DNA of 32,000 nt, taken from assembly GCA_963705225.1 (NCBI GenBank), contig OY970060.1:636501-668500 (forward strand), given 5' to 3'. The notes under the pieces are model-generated. The model was not told where the DNA came from. It made no database searches and saw only the letters and a list, made by a program, of their open reading frames with translations. Source of the stretch: an uncultured Acidobacteriota bacterium. GTDB taxonomy: Bacteria > Acidobacteriota > Blastocatellia > Pyrinomonadales > Pyrinomonadaceae. Both the position numbers and the translations under genes were made by a program. Below are positions 8,541 to 17,131 of the stretch, piece by piece (within the stretch, counting starts at the first letter, position 1; every line of letters starts with the position of its first letter).

Positions 8541-8568
8541 TTGACGAATGAGAAATCTCTTGTATCAT
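8541..8568 (+). promoter_or_regulatory. Putative sigma70-type promoter for the nitrilase-like gene
   Basis: TTGACG (8541-8546), 16-nt spacer, TATCAT (8563-8568); AGGAG Shine-Dalgarno at 8617-8621, 6 nt before ATG 8628. Confidence 0.5.
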
Positions 8569-8627
8569 TTCCGGGTAAGTATTAAATCCTAATTCCCATA
8601 TTCTTTGTTAAATGCCAGGAGTCCCAT

Positions 8628-10862
8628 ATGCCTAAGAAAGTTAGAATGGAAGGCAGGTACGTCACAGCACAAGATGTTTCGGACCGTCTGATGCCTGATC
8701 TGGATGTCAATGAGGTCTTGTTATGGCCTCCCGATCTTTTTGCCTATACCAGTTACTTAATGACCAAGACCTCGGCTTACCAACTGGTGGTTTCGCCGCC
8801 CACGGGTAAATCATGGCCTCCGAAAACGAAAGAATTGCGGGAGTGGTTGTTTACCGATCCTCCAACGCCAATGAAGGCCGAGTCGAAATGGGACTACTGG
8901 GCTAAATACGGATTAAAAGAATGGAGTTCAGACAACAAGTTCCCGGTTGAGAAAAAAATCGGCGAAATAAAGAATCGGATTTCCTGCAGCGGCGAGTGGA
9001 AGAATTGGGTTCAAAAAGTGGGAAGCAAATGGCGCCGCGCACTCGGAAAGCTAAAGGAAGAAGATTTTCAGGTGATCGATTTAAATAGCTCTGAAAACCT
9101 AAAACGGGATACGCGCGGGCGAAAGAAAATTAAAGACTTGCTTAGAGAGCGCCACGGGAAATTATTGGAAATAGTTTTTAAAGCCACCCCACCCGAAGTA
9201 CTGGCTTGCTGGGCGTTTTTTTATCGAGAGGTTATGCGAAAGAATTTTCACAACAATTCCCGGCTGCGCATTTCGGAATTGTTGTGTAATCAGGATGAGA
9301 TTCAAACAAATGCCGCTCATTGTGAAAGACTCTGGAAAGTGTCACAAGTGCTTTTAACCATGCACGCGATCTCCGACACGGCCAGTGTAAGATTTGATAT
9401 CACCGATTCCGATTCTGAAAACGACCTTGCCACGAAATTTGCCCGGGAACTATTGTTCGGGCGGGATAAAGGCTTTTTCACGGATACAAAATTCAATTCC
9501 GGAGGAAGTTTTTCGACCTTTCATACCGATCGGGTCCGGGTCCTGCCTAAACGGCATAATCCCAACGTAGGCATAACACTGCGCTCGATCTCGAGCAATT
9601 TGGCGTTTAATCAATCCTCAGTCGATGTGGTTTGGCGAAAAACCGTCGATAACCCCCTGGGCAATAGACTTATGCCGCCAAAAACGATTAAAAAAGAAGA
9701 CAAGGAAAACTTTGGAAAAGGTATAAAAATGTCGATGCTGATACTTCCTTTTCCATTAATTGTAAAAACGAATGATTTCCGAATAGATTCTGAAAGTAAA
9801 AATGTCAAAATGAATGATGATTACGGTTTTTTCACTTATGATCCGGATCATACTTTTCAGGAACGACACAAAGAAATCGCTTCAAGTCGCGAAGTCCTGA
9901 AGGCTTTGAAATTGATCAGAAGAGCTAATGAGGAACTTGCCGGCGAAGCGCAAACCGACATGGTTATTTTTCCGGAAGCCGCGCTGAGCGTCACTCAATT
10001 CAACGGCCTGCAGACGGCGCTTCTTAATCCGTTGAATAGTTTTGAGAAATTGAAGGGTGTCTACACCACGCCGCCCAGCATAATCGTTGCCGGAGTAAGA
10101 GAATCCCGGGATGATCTAAAAAAAGAACGAGAAAAAGTAAATCAAGACACGGAAGTAACCTTTCCCCGTAACGCGGTATACTGTCAATACTACGACGCAA
10201 AAAAACATTCATACTTTGTCGAGGCCGATCCCAAAGATAACGACACTCCGACGAACATAAATAAATCGTATAGAACGCCCAAGTTCAAACAATATAAACA
10301 TCATCGCTGGCAGTTGAACGAACGCCAGGTCAAACGTTACGGATTGACCAGCGTATTGGATCCTAAAAAAATATGGTGGGAATCCATCAAAATACCTAAA
10401 CGCAGGGTAAGTTTTCTCAACGTGGGGAAAGTTATCACGATCTCGCATTTGATCTGCGAAGATCTTGCCCGTCTCGATCCTATTTCTGAGCTGATCAGGC
10501 ATGTGGGGCCTACCCTGGTGATCGCAATACTAATGGACGGTCCGCAGGTGAGAAGCCGTTGGTCTGCCCGGTACGCGACGGTTCTGGCGGATGACCCCGG
10601 TTCCTCAGTTATTACTTTAACTTCAATAGGAATGGTCAACCGCGATCATTCGCCTTACGGCTCTTTGTCCCGGGTTGTCGCCTTATGGAATGAAAGCCAT
10701 AGCACGGAGACGCGGGAAATAGAACTCGCGCCGGGGGCGGAGGCGGTCCTGCTTAACCTGGAGATTGACAAACGTTCCGAAAGAACGGCCGACGGGAGAA
10801 AAGAAACAGCGCCGACCGCGATACTTAAGTTGGTCGATGTAATACAAATTTACCCTGACTAA
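8628..10862 (+). CDS. Large protein with uncharacterised N-terminal half and C-terminal nitrilase/carbon-nitrogen hydrolase-like domain
   Basis: 744 aa. Candidate Glu in TDMVIFPEAALSV, Lys in QYKHHRWQLNERQVKRYGL, Cys in VITISHLICEDLARLDP. No confident family for residues 1 to about 400. Confidence 0.7.
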   Translation: MPKKVRMEGRYVTAQDVSDRLMPDLDVNEVLLWPPDLFAYTSYLMTKTSAYQLVVSPPTGKSWPPKTKELREWLFTDPPTPMKAESKWDYWAKYGLKEWSSDNKFPVEKKIGEIKNRISCSGEWKNWVQKVGSKWRRALGKLKEEDFQVIDLNSSENLKRDTRGRKKIKDLLRERHGKLLEIVFKATPPEVLACWAFFYREVMRKNFHNNSRLRISELLCNQDEIQTNAAHCERLWKVSQVLLTMHAISDTASVRFDITDSDSENDLATKFARELLFGRDKGFFTDTKFNSGGSFSTFHTDRVRVLPKRHNPNVGITLRSISSNLAFNQSSVDVVWRKTVDNPLGNRLMPPKTIKKEDKENFGKGIKMSMLILPFPLIVKTNDFRIDSESKNVKMNDDYGFFTYDPDHTFQERHKEIASSREVLKALKLIRRANEELAGEAQTDMVIFPEAALSVTQFNGLQTALLNPLNSFEKLKGVYTTPPSIIVAGVRESRDDLKKEREKVNQDTEVTFPRNAVYCQYYDAKKHSYFVEADPKDNDTPTNINKSYRTPKFKQYKHHRWQLNERQVKRYGLTSVLDPKKIWWESIKIPKRRVSFLNVGKVITISHLICEDLARLDPISELIRHVGPTLVIAILMDGPQVRSRWSARYATVLADDPGSSVITLTSIGMVNRDHSPYGSLSRVVALWNESHSTETREIELAPGAEAVLLNLEIDKRSERTADGRKETAPTAILKLVDVIQIYPD

Positions 10863-10955
10863 GACCGTCCGGGTATCTCACGTAAATTTCCGCCTTAGCC
10901 TTTTCAAGGCTAAGGTTCCGGACGTTCATCATTATGTCGATACCCGCGCCCCGGC

Positions 10956-11648
10956 TTACCGCGAAAATTCCGCGACGGTCTTGGGAAATTCCTGTAACTC
11001 TTCCGGGGCGGCGGACCACGGCGTGACGGAATCGATCAGCAAACCTTTAGCGGATTTTTTATAGATCGAAGTGTTCATGTCGTTGTCCTGCGAGATGATC
11101 GCGCCTTTGAGCGAGACCCCGGCGAACAGCCCCTGCGTGCGCGAGTAGGTCAAAATTCCCGCGTCGAGCGTGGCATTGGTCGAAGCAGCCGCCGCGCGTC
11201 CGACCGGGCCGGCGGCAACGCTGGCTTCCCCGCCCATTTCAAATTTGTCTTCGAGCAGCCCCTTCAAACCCGAATCGTTTCTGACCACCAAAATATAGTC
11301 GATCTTCTGCCCGCCGATCTGCGCTCCAAAACTCGCCCCGGTAATATTTAAAAACGCCGGCGCCGACCAGGTTCCGTCGGCCAGTTTGCGCACGACCACG
11401 CCCTTGCCGCCCTGTCCGCCGAAGATGAACGCGCCCTTCAGCACGCCGGGAAACACGACCACAGCCCAGGCATTTTTTAAGATTTCGCGCGGGATCGCCC
11501 TGTCGTCGATCCGCATCACTTCGCGCATCACTTCCGAAGCGCTATTAACCCGCGCCTGAGCTTTCGTTAATTCGGATCTCTGCGCAAAAACGCTAACACC
11601 CGTGACTGCCACAACTAACATCAACAAAAATAATTTCGATAATTTCAT
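10956..11648 (-). CDS. Lipid-binding SYLF/YSC84-domain secreted protein
   Basis: MKLSKLFLLMLVVAVTGVSVFAQ signal; AIPREILKNAWAVVVFPGVLKGAFIFGGQGGKGVVV...ASFGAQIGGQKIDYILVV. Start chosen at the M before the signal peptide; the track ORF extends to 11678. Confidence 0.88.
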   Translation of the reverse strand: MKLSKLFLLMLVVAVTGVSVFAQRSELTKAQARVNSASEVMREVMRIDDRAIPREILKNAWAVVVFPGVLKGAFIFGGQGGKGVVVRKLADGTWSAPAFLNITGASFGAQIGGQKIDYILVVRNDSGLKGLLEDKFEMGGEASVAAGPVGRAAAASTNATLDAGILTYSRTQGLFAGVSLKGAIISQDNDMNTSIYKKSAKGLLIDSVTPWSAAPEELQEFPKTVAEFSR

Positions 11649-11764
11649 GGTAAAACTCCTTGATACAAATTCGAACACAATTTGCTTTCAGGATTAATTA
11701 TACAATTCGCGTGCCACTGATGGGTAATTGGGGATTGGGGATTGGAGAATGGTGATGGGTGATT

Positions 11765-11910
11765 GGTAATTGGTAATAGGTAATAGGTTGTGGGTTCGGA
11801 TTTGTTCGTGTCGTTTCGTGTATTTTCGTGGTTAATCCTTAAGGCCTTTTCTTAATGGCTATAAAAGTTGAAACCACACATGAAAAACCTATTACCAATT
11901 ACCTATTACC
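11765..11910. repeat. Inverted repeat pair, 25-bp arms (11765-11789 and 11886-11910)
   Basis: GGTAATTGGTAATAGGTAATAGGTT versus reverse complement GGTAATAGGTAATTGGTAATAGGTT, 23/25, within (G)GTAATTG-rich low-complexity DNA. Confidence 0.8.
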
Positions 11911-11921
11911 CGTCTCAAGTA

Positions 11922-12368
11922 CTAGTGATTGCGGTCGTAATCGATGCCGCGCTGGGCTTCGTCGATCGCGTCGTTGACCAGTTTTAGAGCGGCGGCGCGA
12001 TGCCCGCCTTTATCGGCGGTGGCTTTTTCCAGATTTTCCCGCGCGCTTTTCAGCCAGTCCTTGGCCTTGACCATGTTCGGCTGATCGGAAGCGAAAAACT
12101 CGTTCTCGTCGAAATCGCTTTCATGATTTCGGTCGTATTCGATACCGGCGTTGATCTCGGCGATCGCGCGATTCGTCAGCGAGATCGCGTTGGCTTTGTG
12201 GCCGCCCTTATCCGCCGAAGCGCGGCGGAAAAACCCGAGCGCTTTATTACAGTCGTTGCGCGCCGCCGTCATAAACGGCTGGTCCGCGCCAACCGGCAGC
12301 GTCAGGACGGCGACGCTAAAGACCACCGCCGACACCGCAAAAATACCAAGTAGTTTTTTTCTCATCAA
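11922..12368 (-). CDS. Small secreted protein with duplicated ADKGGH...YDRNH module
   Basis: 148 aa; signal peptide and two copies of A[ST]ADKGGH[KR]A.A..L.N.AI.E...GI.YDRNH. Confidence 0.7.
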   Translation of the reverse strand: MMRKKLLGIFAVSAVVFSVAVLTLPVGADQPFMTAARNDCNKALGFFRRASADKGGHKANAISLTNRAIAEINAGIEYDRNHESDFDENEFFASDQPNMVKAKDWLKSARENLEKATADKGGHRAAALKLVNDAIDEAQRGIDYDRNH

Positions 12369-12384
12369 TCTTCTCCTCTGTGTT

Positions 12385-13149
12385 TTAATGGACGATCTTA
12401 AATTCTACTTCTCTTGAAACCTTAGGATTTCCGCCCGCATTTTTTAACATCACCAGGTAATTTCCCGTTTGCGGCAGCGCTAAAATACTCATCACATCCA
12501 GCACCTCGCTCGTTTTGCCGGAATCGGCCTCGCCGGGATTTTCTATCTCGTAGTACAGATTTTTATCCGGCAGGTACACGGAAATGCCGCAGCCGTAAGC
12601 CACGATCTCCAGCGCCTGGCCTTTGCGCGCGCTTAGCGAAAAAACTTTCTGCTCGTCGCTGCCGGTAAAAGTAAGATTCATTTTCGAGGAATTTGCGCCC
12701 CTGGCAAATGAGACCGGTTTCGCCGACGCCGCCAGTTTAGCATAGCTCGGCGCGCATGATTCGTAATCGGCAAAACTCAACTGGTATTTACCGGTTTCGT
12801 AATTTTTGCCGTACACCCTGACCTTTAATATTTCCTCGGCGCCTTTTTTCCCGAGCGTCCAGACACCGCCCTTCATTTCCGAAGGCGAAATATCCGGCCA
12901 TTTGCCGCCCGCGAATTTTACCGTCAGCGTATTTCCCGCCGCCGTTCCGGTGAAATCATAATTCGCATCTCCGGCATCACCCGAAACGATGAATGTGCCG
13001 GAAACCTTCGCGCCCGCGATCTTGAAAACTACCCGGTGGCTCTGCTGCAGCCACTCGCTTTTGAAACACTTGTCACCCGACTGCGCGGCGGCCGGCAGCA
13101 GCGTGCCCGACAGCAAGATGGCGGCAATTATCGGAAATAATTTTTTCAT
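12385..13149 (-). CDS. Secreted hypothetical protein
   Basis: 254 aa with signal peptide MKKLFPIIAAILLSGTLLPAAAQ; coding-like, no recognised family. Confidence 0.6.
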   Translation of the reverse strand: MKKLFPIIAAILLSGTLLPAAAQSGDKCFKSEWLQQSHRVVFKIAGAKVSGTFIVSGDAGDANYDFTGTAAGNTLTVKFAGGKWPDISPSEMKGGVWTLGKKGAEEILKVRVYGKNYETGKYQLSFADYESCAPSYAKLAASAKPVSFARGANSSKMNLTFTGSDEQKVFSLSARKGQALEIVAYGCGISVYLPDKNLYYEIENPGEADSGKTSEVLDVMSILALPQTGNYLVMLKNAGGNPKVSREVEFKIVH

Positions 13150-13293
13150 TGATTTAATGTGCGTAATACGTGATACGTAATTGGTAATTGGTAATACGTT
13201 TTAGCGTGTCTTTCCTACTTTCCTCTTCCTGATTTCCCGATTTCCTATCTTTCCTGATTTCCTGATTTCCTCGTTTCCTAATTTCCTTCTTCC

Positions 13294-13740
13294 CTATCTT
13301 TCCTCATTTCCTCTCTCCCCCTCCTTCCCCGTTTCTCGTCTTAGCCAGAAATAGAGGATCGGCATCAGCAATATTTCGACTAAAAATGAGCCGATCAATT
13401 CCGGGCCGAACAGCACATCCGGGCGGTTCATCGTCAGCCGGGCCAGGCCGCCCATAAAGATCAGAAAAAAGACCAGGTTCAGGGCCATGTGATATTTGTG
13501 CGGCCTGGTTCCGGCGACCACCAAAAAGAGCCCGATCGCCAGGTAAAGCCCGCCGAAAAATCTGACGTGGCTGTCCTGCACCAAAAAGCCGTGCTCGTCG
13601 ATGATCTCTAAAAATCTGGTCTGCCCCTGCAGCCCCAGCGTCAGCATTCCGCCGAATCCGACATTGATGCCGATCAGGACGTTTACTATTCCCAGCAGCA
13701 CGAGAACGCCTCTCAAAACCCATGAACTGATATTTTCCAT
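13294..13740 (-). CDS. DUF4345-like integral membrane protein
   Basis: 148 aa, four hydrophobic segments; VRFFGGLYLAIGLFLVVAGTRP...GGLARLTMNRPDVLFGPELIGSFLVEILLMPILYFWLRR. Confidence 0.6.
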   Translation of the reverse strand: MENISSWVLRGVLVLLGIVNVLIGINVGFGGMLTLGLQGQTRFLEIIDEHGFLVQDSHVRFFGGLYLAIGLFLVVAGTRPHKYHMALNLVFFLIFMGGLARLTMNRPDVLFGPELIGSFLVEILLMPILYFWLRRETGKEGERGNEER

Positions 13741-13757
13741 TTTGCTTTATCCTTATT

Positions 13758-13955
13758 TTAAGTCCGGTCGTTCGGAGCCTCGGTTGCCGGTTCCGGTTCT
13801 TCCCGATCTTCGTCGTCGTCATCCGGCCTGTAGACTTCGTACCCGGTAGAATCGTCGTAATAGTAATCGCGGTTTTCGATATCGTGCGACCAGTTTGCCT
13901 CGTCGCTTTTTGCGGGAACCGCCGCTTCTTTTACTTTATCGTCCGTTTTTTCCAT
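13758..13955 (-). CDS. Small acidic hypothetical protein
   Basis: 65 aa, 17-nt gap to the downstream co-oriented ORF; NRDYYYDDSTGYEVYRPDDDDEDREEPEPATEA. Confidence 0.45.
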   Translation of the reverse strand: MEKTDDKVKEAAVPAKSDEANWSHDIENRDYYYDDSTGYEVYRPDDDDEDREEPEPATEAPNDRT

Positions 13956-14068
13956 ATAAGCCCGGTGAATAAAAAACCGGTCGAATAAATTTCCCGGCTT
14001 TCGCGGGGTAGAAAATAGCCTTACAATCTTTCTACTGAGTTTATCTTAATTTTTTCTGGGGAGCATAT

Positions 14069-14926
14069 ATGAAAAGCAATTCATTACTCTTGAATTCCAC
14101 GCTGATCCTGGTCACGGCGGTTTCCACTTATTTTGTCGCGCCGCTGGTCAGCGGCACGGCGACCGCCCAGCAGGCTGCGGCGCAGCAGGCCAAAATAGAT
14201 AATGAGTACCAGGTCGGCGCGGTGCTTTATATGCAGAAAGCGGCGGAGTATCGCGCTTTAACTTACCAGGCGTTCAACTGGGCGAAGGTAACGCTCGACG
14301 CCGACGAAAAAACGAAAAAGAAACTGCCCAAAATTGAAAGAAAGAAAACGCGAGCGGTGGTGGTGGACATCGACGAAACCGTGCTGGATAATTCTCCCGC
14401 GCAGGCGCTCGATATCAGGAATCGGGCCGCTTTTTCTTCGGCCGGCTGGTACGCCTGGGGCGATCTGCGTAAGGCGAAAGCAATTCCCGGCTCGGTCGAT
14501 TTTCTCAATTACGCGATCTCGAAAGGCGTCAAAGTTTTCTTTGTTTCCAATCGCGACGAAGCGCAAAAAGCCGCCACCATGGACAACCTGAAAAACGTCG
14601 GGTTCCAGGGCGTAACGGCCGAAACCGTGCTGCTGCGCCAAAACGGCATTTCGACCAAGACGCCTCGGCGCGACGCCATCGCCAAAGATCACCGCATCGT
14701 GATCCTGATGGGCGACAATCTGGACGATATGTCCGATGTCTTCGAAAAAAGATCCGTCGCCGACCGGTTTGCCGAAACCGACAAAGTGCGCTCTCTCTGG
14801 GGCGGCAAATACATCGTCCTGCCAAACGCAATGTACGGCACCTGGGAAAACGCGATCTACGATCACCAGCGCCTGACCAATGCGCAAAAAGCGGAAAAAC
14901 GTGCAAATTCACTTGAAACGCCGTAA
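14069..14926 (+). CDS. HAD family acid phosphatase (class C / lipoprotein e(P4)-like 5'-nucleotidase)
   Basis: VVVDIDETVLDNSP catalytic motif, KGVKVFFVSNRDEAQKAATMDNLK, VILMGDNLDDM. Confidence 0.92.
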   Translation: MKSNSLLLNSTLILVTAVSTYFVAPLVSGTATAQQAAAQQAKIDNEYQVGAVLYMQKAAEYRALTYQAFNWAKVTLDADEKTKKKLPKIERKKTRAVVVDIDETVLDNSPAQALDIRNRAAFSSAGWYAWGDLRKAKAIPGSVDFLNYAISKGVKVFFVSNRDEAQKAATMDNLKNVGFQGVTAETVLLRQNGISTKTPRRDAIAKDHRIVILMGDNLDDMSDVFEKRSVADRFAETDKVRSLWGGKYIVLPNAMYGTWENAIYDHQRLTNAQKAEKRANSLETP

Positions 14927-14929
14927 AAT

Positions 14930-15136
14930 ATGCCTATGAGAAGCACTCTTGAAGAAAAACTTTTAAATCCGCGGCCCGGCAGTAAAGTCGCCGCCGCGAA
15001 AGAATTCGGGATCGACCTTACTCTACTCTTGGGAAACCTGCGGCTTACTCCGCAAGAAAGAATAGATCAGCTGCAGGAAGTGATGCGAGCTCATCATCAC
15101 ATTCGCGAACAGGCTAAATTGCGATTAAAAAAATAA
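14930..15136 (+). CDS. Small hypothetical protein, cytoplasmic, charged
   Basis: 68 aa, starts 3 nt after the phosphatase stop region; EFGIDLTLLLGNLRLTPQERIDQLQEVMRAHHHIREQ. Confidence 0.5.
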   Translation: MPMRSTLEEKLLNPRPGSKVAAAKEFGIDLTLLLGNLRLTPQERIDQLQEVMRAHHHIREQAKLRLKK

Positions 15137-15266
15137 AAACACTTAGTAAATTATGGTGGAAATCGAACCTGCCGGAATTGGAAGCCCTGCTCGAGTTAAA
15201 GAACGAAGGCGAAATTTAACTGTATTTGGACTAGCCGATCGATTTTAGTACCCTCCACTAAATCTT

Positions 15267-15827
15267 ATGCTGAATCGCATCTACCGTAAGCTTGAAAGCC
15301 TGGCTACTTTGCAGATTTTCGGGATTTTAATTTTTCTTTTCATTCTGTGTTATGGCGGTTTTCAGGAACGAAATAAAGCCCTGGTACCGCAGGTTAGACC
15401 GCTGGCGGCGGTAACTATAAGTCCGCCCGACGGGCGCCCTTACGGTTATTCTCCCCAGGAAGCCGCTGATTTTTTTAAGGAAATAAGAGATGGCGGGCGG
15501 AAAATTTATGCCCTGTCCGAGCTTACCCTGGACGTGTTCTTTCCGTTTATTTACGGCGGGATACTGGTCATTTTGCTGATCACGTACTGGAAGTGGCGGC
15601 ATCTGCTGCTGCTGCCGTTGATTGCCGCCGGCGCCGATCTGCTGGAAAATATCACGCTGGCTTTTCTTGCCTTAAGCTTCGATGGAACGGCTTCGCCGGT
15701 CGCTTACGTCGCTTCTGCCTTCACCGTTATCAAAGGGGCGGGCATTCTTTTATCGCTGCTGCTGATCGTGGCGGGAATGCTTCTGTTTCTGTGGCGCGCG
15801 CTTTTTTCTCCACGCGCTCAGGATTGA
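15267..15827 (+). CDS. Hypothetical multi-pass membrane protein
   Basis: 186 aa, about four TM segments. Confidence 0.55.
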   Translation: MLNRIYRKLESLATLQIFGILIFLFILCYGGFQERNKALVPQVRPLAAVTISPPDGRPYGYSPQEAADFFKEIRDGGRKIYALSELTLDVFFPFIYGGILVILLITYWKWRHLLLLPLIAAGADLLENITLAFLALSFDGTASPVAYVASAFTVIKGAGILLSLLLIVAGMLLFLWRALFSPRAQD

Positions 15828-15962
15828 TTCGGAAGTTTCTGCCCCGAGGCGTCGATCTGGATTTACTGGTGTTATTGGCTTTTACCTCAATAGTGTGAGC
15901 CGCTCGCATCAAAAATCACGGTAAGGAGATTGTTGGATGACAATGATTGGAGGGATTTAAAA

Positions 15963-16445
15963 ATGTCGATAACTTATTCAATTCTGTTTGCGTTCGGTAT
16001 CTGCATCATAGCCGCGATATTTGAAGGCTTATTCGCCGGAAAAAACATAAAACCCTTTCTTGAAAAACTTCGCACCCCGGCATATTCTCCGACATTTGCA
16101 ATCTGGGTTATTATCGGCGTGGGCTATTACGCGATCTGCTTTACTATTCTTTATCGGCTGTTCAGATTTGAGACTGAAAACTCGGTAAGAGATTTAGCGT
16201 TACTAATGTTGCTGAAAGTAATGGCGATCAATGCGCTTTGGAATTATTTTTTCTTTCGCCGCCAAAGCCTGTTTTATAGTAATCTGCTGGCGGTTGGTTA
16301 CTCGCTGATAGCTATTGCTTTATTTATTTGCCTGATTCAGTTTGATGTAATTGCGGCTCTGGTTTTAGTCCCGTACCTGCTTTATCTGATCTATGCGTTT
16401 CGCTGGGGTTATGGATTATGGAAACTCAATCCCGATCTAAGATAA
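15963..16445 (+). CDS. TspO/MBR family-like membrane protein
   Basis: KLRTPAYSPTFAIWVIIGVGYYAICFTILYR...INALWNYFFFRRQSL...LLYLIYAFRWGYGLWKLNP. GGAGG SD supports start 15963 rather than 15930. Confidence 0.7.
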   Translation: MSITYSILFAFGICIIAAIFEGLFAGKNIKPFLEKLRTPAYSPTFAIWVIIGVGYYAICFTILYRLFRFETENSVRDLALLMLLKVMAINALWNYFFFRRQSLFYSNLLAVGYSLIAIALFICLIQFDVIAALVLVPYLLYLIYAFRWGYGLWKLNPDLR

Positions 16446-16526
16446 AGCACTTTTAACACGAATGACACGAGCAAATCCGAACCGCGACTTTATCTAACAG
16501 TTCTAAGTAACCAACCCTTATTTAAC

Positions 16527-17036
16527 TCAGCTCTGCACCATCGGGGCATTTTTGATCGCCGATTTGAGCTTAACGGCCGAAAGTAATCCCCTGATGATAA
16601 AGATCAGCGCAAAGGCGTGAAAGCCCATGGCCAGCCAGTCGCCAAAGAAGAGATAAAGCAGCGCGTCCAGCACATAAAGAACCGTCCCGACGATAAAAGC
16701 CGCCACGCTGCCCTTGCCGCCAAAAAATCCGAACATCGCAAATATTCCCGCTACCAGAATATTCAGCACCAGCGCCAGCACCCTAAAGGCATTGAAATCA
16801 CCGCCCTGTCCGCCGGCCGCTATCATAAAGCCGTCGATAAATTGGGTAAAAGCCAGGCCGACGATAAAATTCACGCTGCCGCCCCCGATCAGAATGAACG
16901 AATTGATCAGCGAAAGAGCGGCGATCCAGTAAAACCAGTTTGCCCCGCTTTTTATCACCCGGGCGGTTTGGGCCGCTTCGATATCGTCCATCGGCGGGTC
17001 GGGCCGCTGGTTTTCCGTTTCGTTAAAAATTGACAT
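16527..17036 (-). CDS. Hypothetical membrane protein
   Basis: 169 aa, about four hydrophobic segments. Confidence 0.55.
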   Translation of the reverse strand: MSIFNETENQRPDPPMDDIEAAQTARVIKSGANWFYWIAALSLINSFILIGGGSVNFIVGLAFTQFIDGFMIAAGGQGGDFNAFRVLALVLNILVAGIFAMFGFFGGKGSVAAFIVGTVLYVLDALLYLFFGDWLAMGFHAFALIFIIRGLLSAVKLKSAIKNAPMVQS

Positions 17037-17131
17037 TTCGGGGTTTTACCTTATAGTTTGAGTTTATATTTTTTGTCTTTTGCGAAACCAATACTAATCT
17101 GTTTCATCTAAAAATTACAGTCCGCAAGGTT

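Noticed and set aside
8628-10862. Assignment to DRT1/UG1 (reverse transcriptase-nitrilase)
   Set aside because: No YxDD/xxDD-type RT catalytic motif or other RT blocks seen in the N-terminal half; only the nitrilase-like part is supported.
4065-10862. Calling the NACHT and nitrilase-like genes one operon or system
   Set aside because: They are about 1.45 kb apart, separated by an opposite-strand DoxX gene and a separately promoted regulator; proximity suggests a shared accessory region but not co-transcription.
14258-14887. 209-aa minus-strand ORF
   Set aside because: Antisense shadow of the HAD acid phosphatase.
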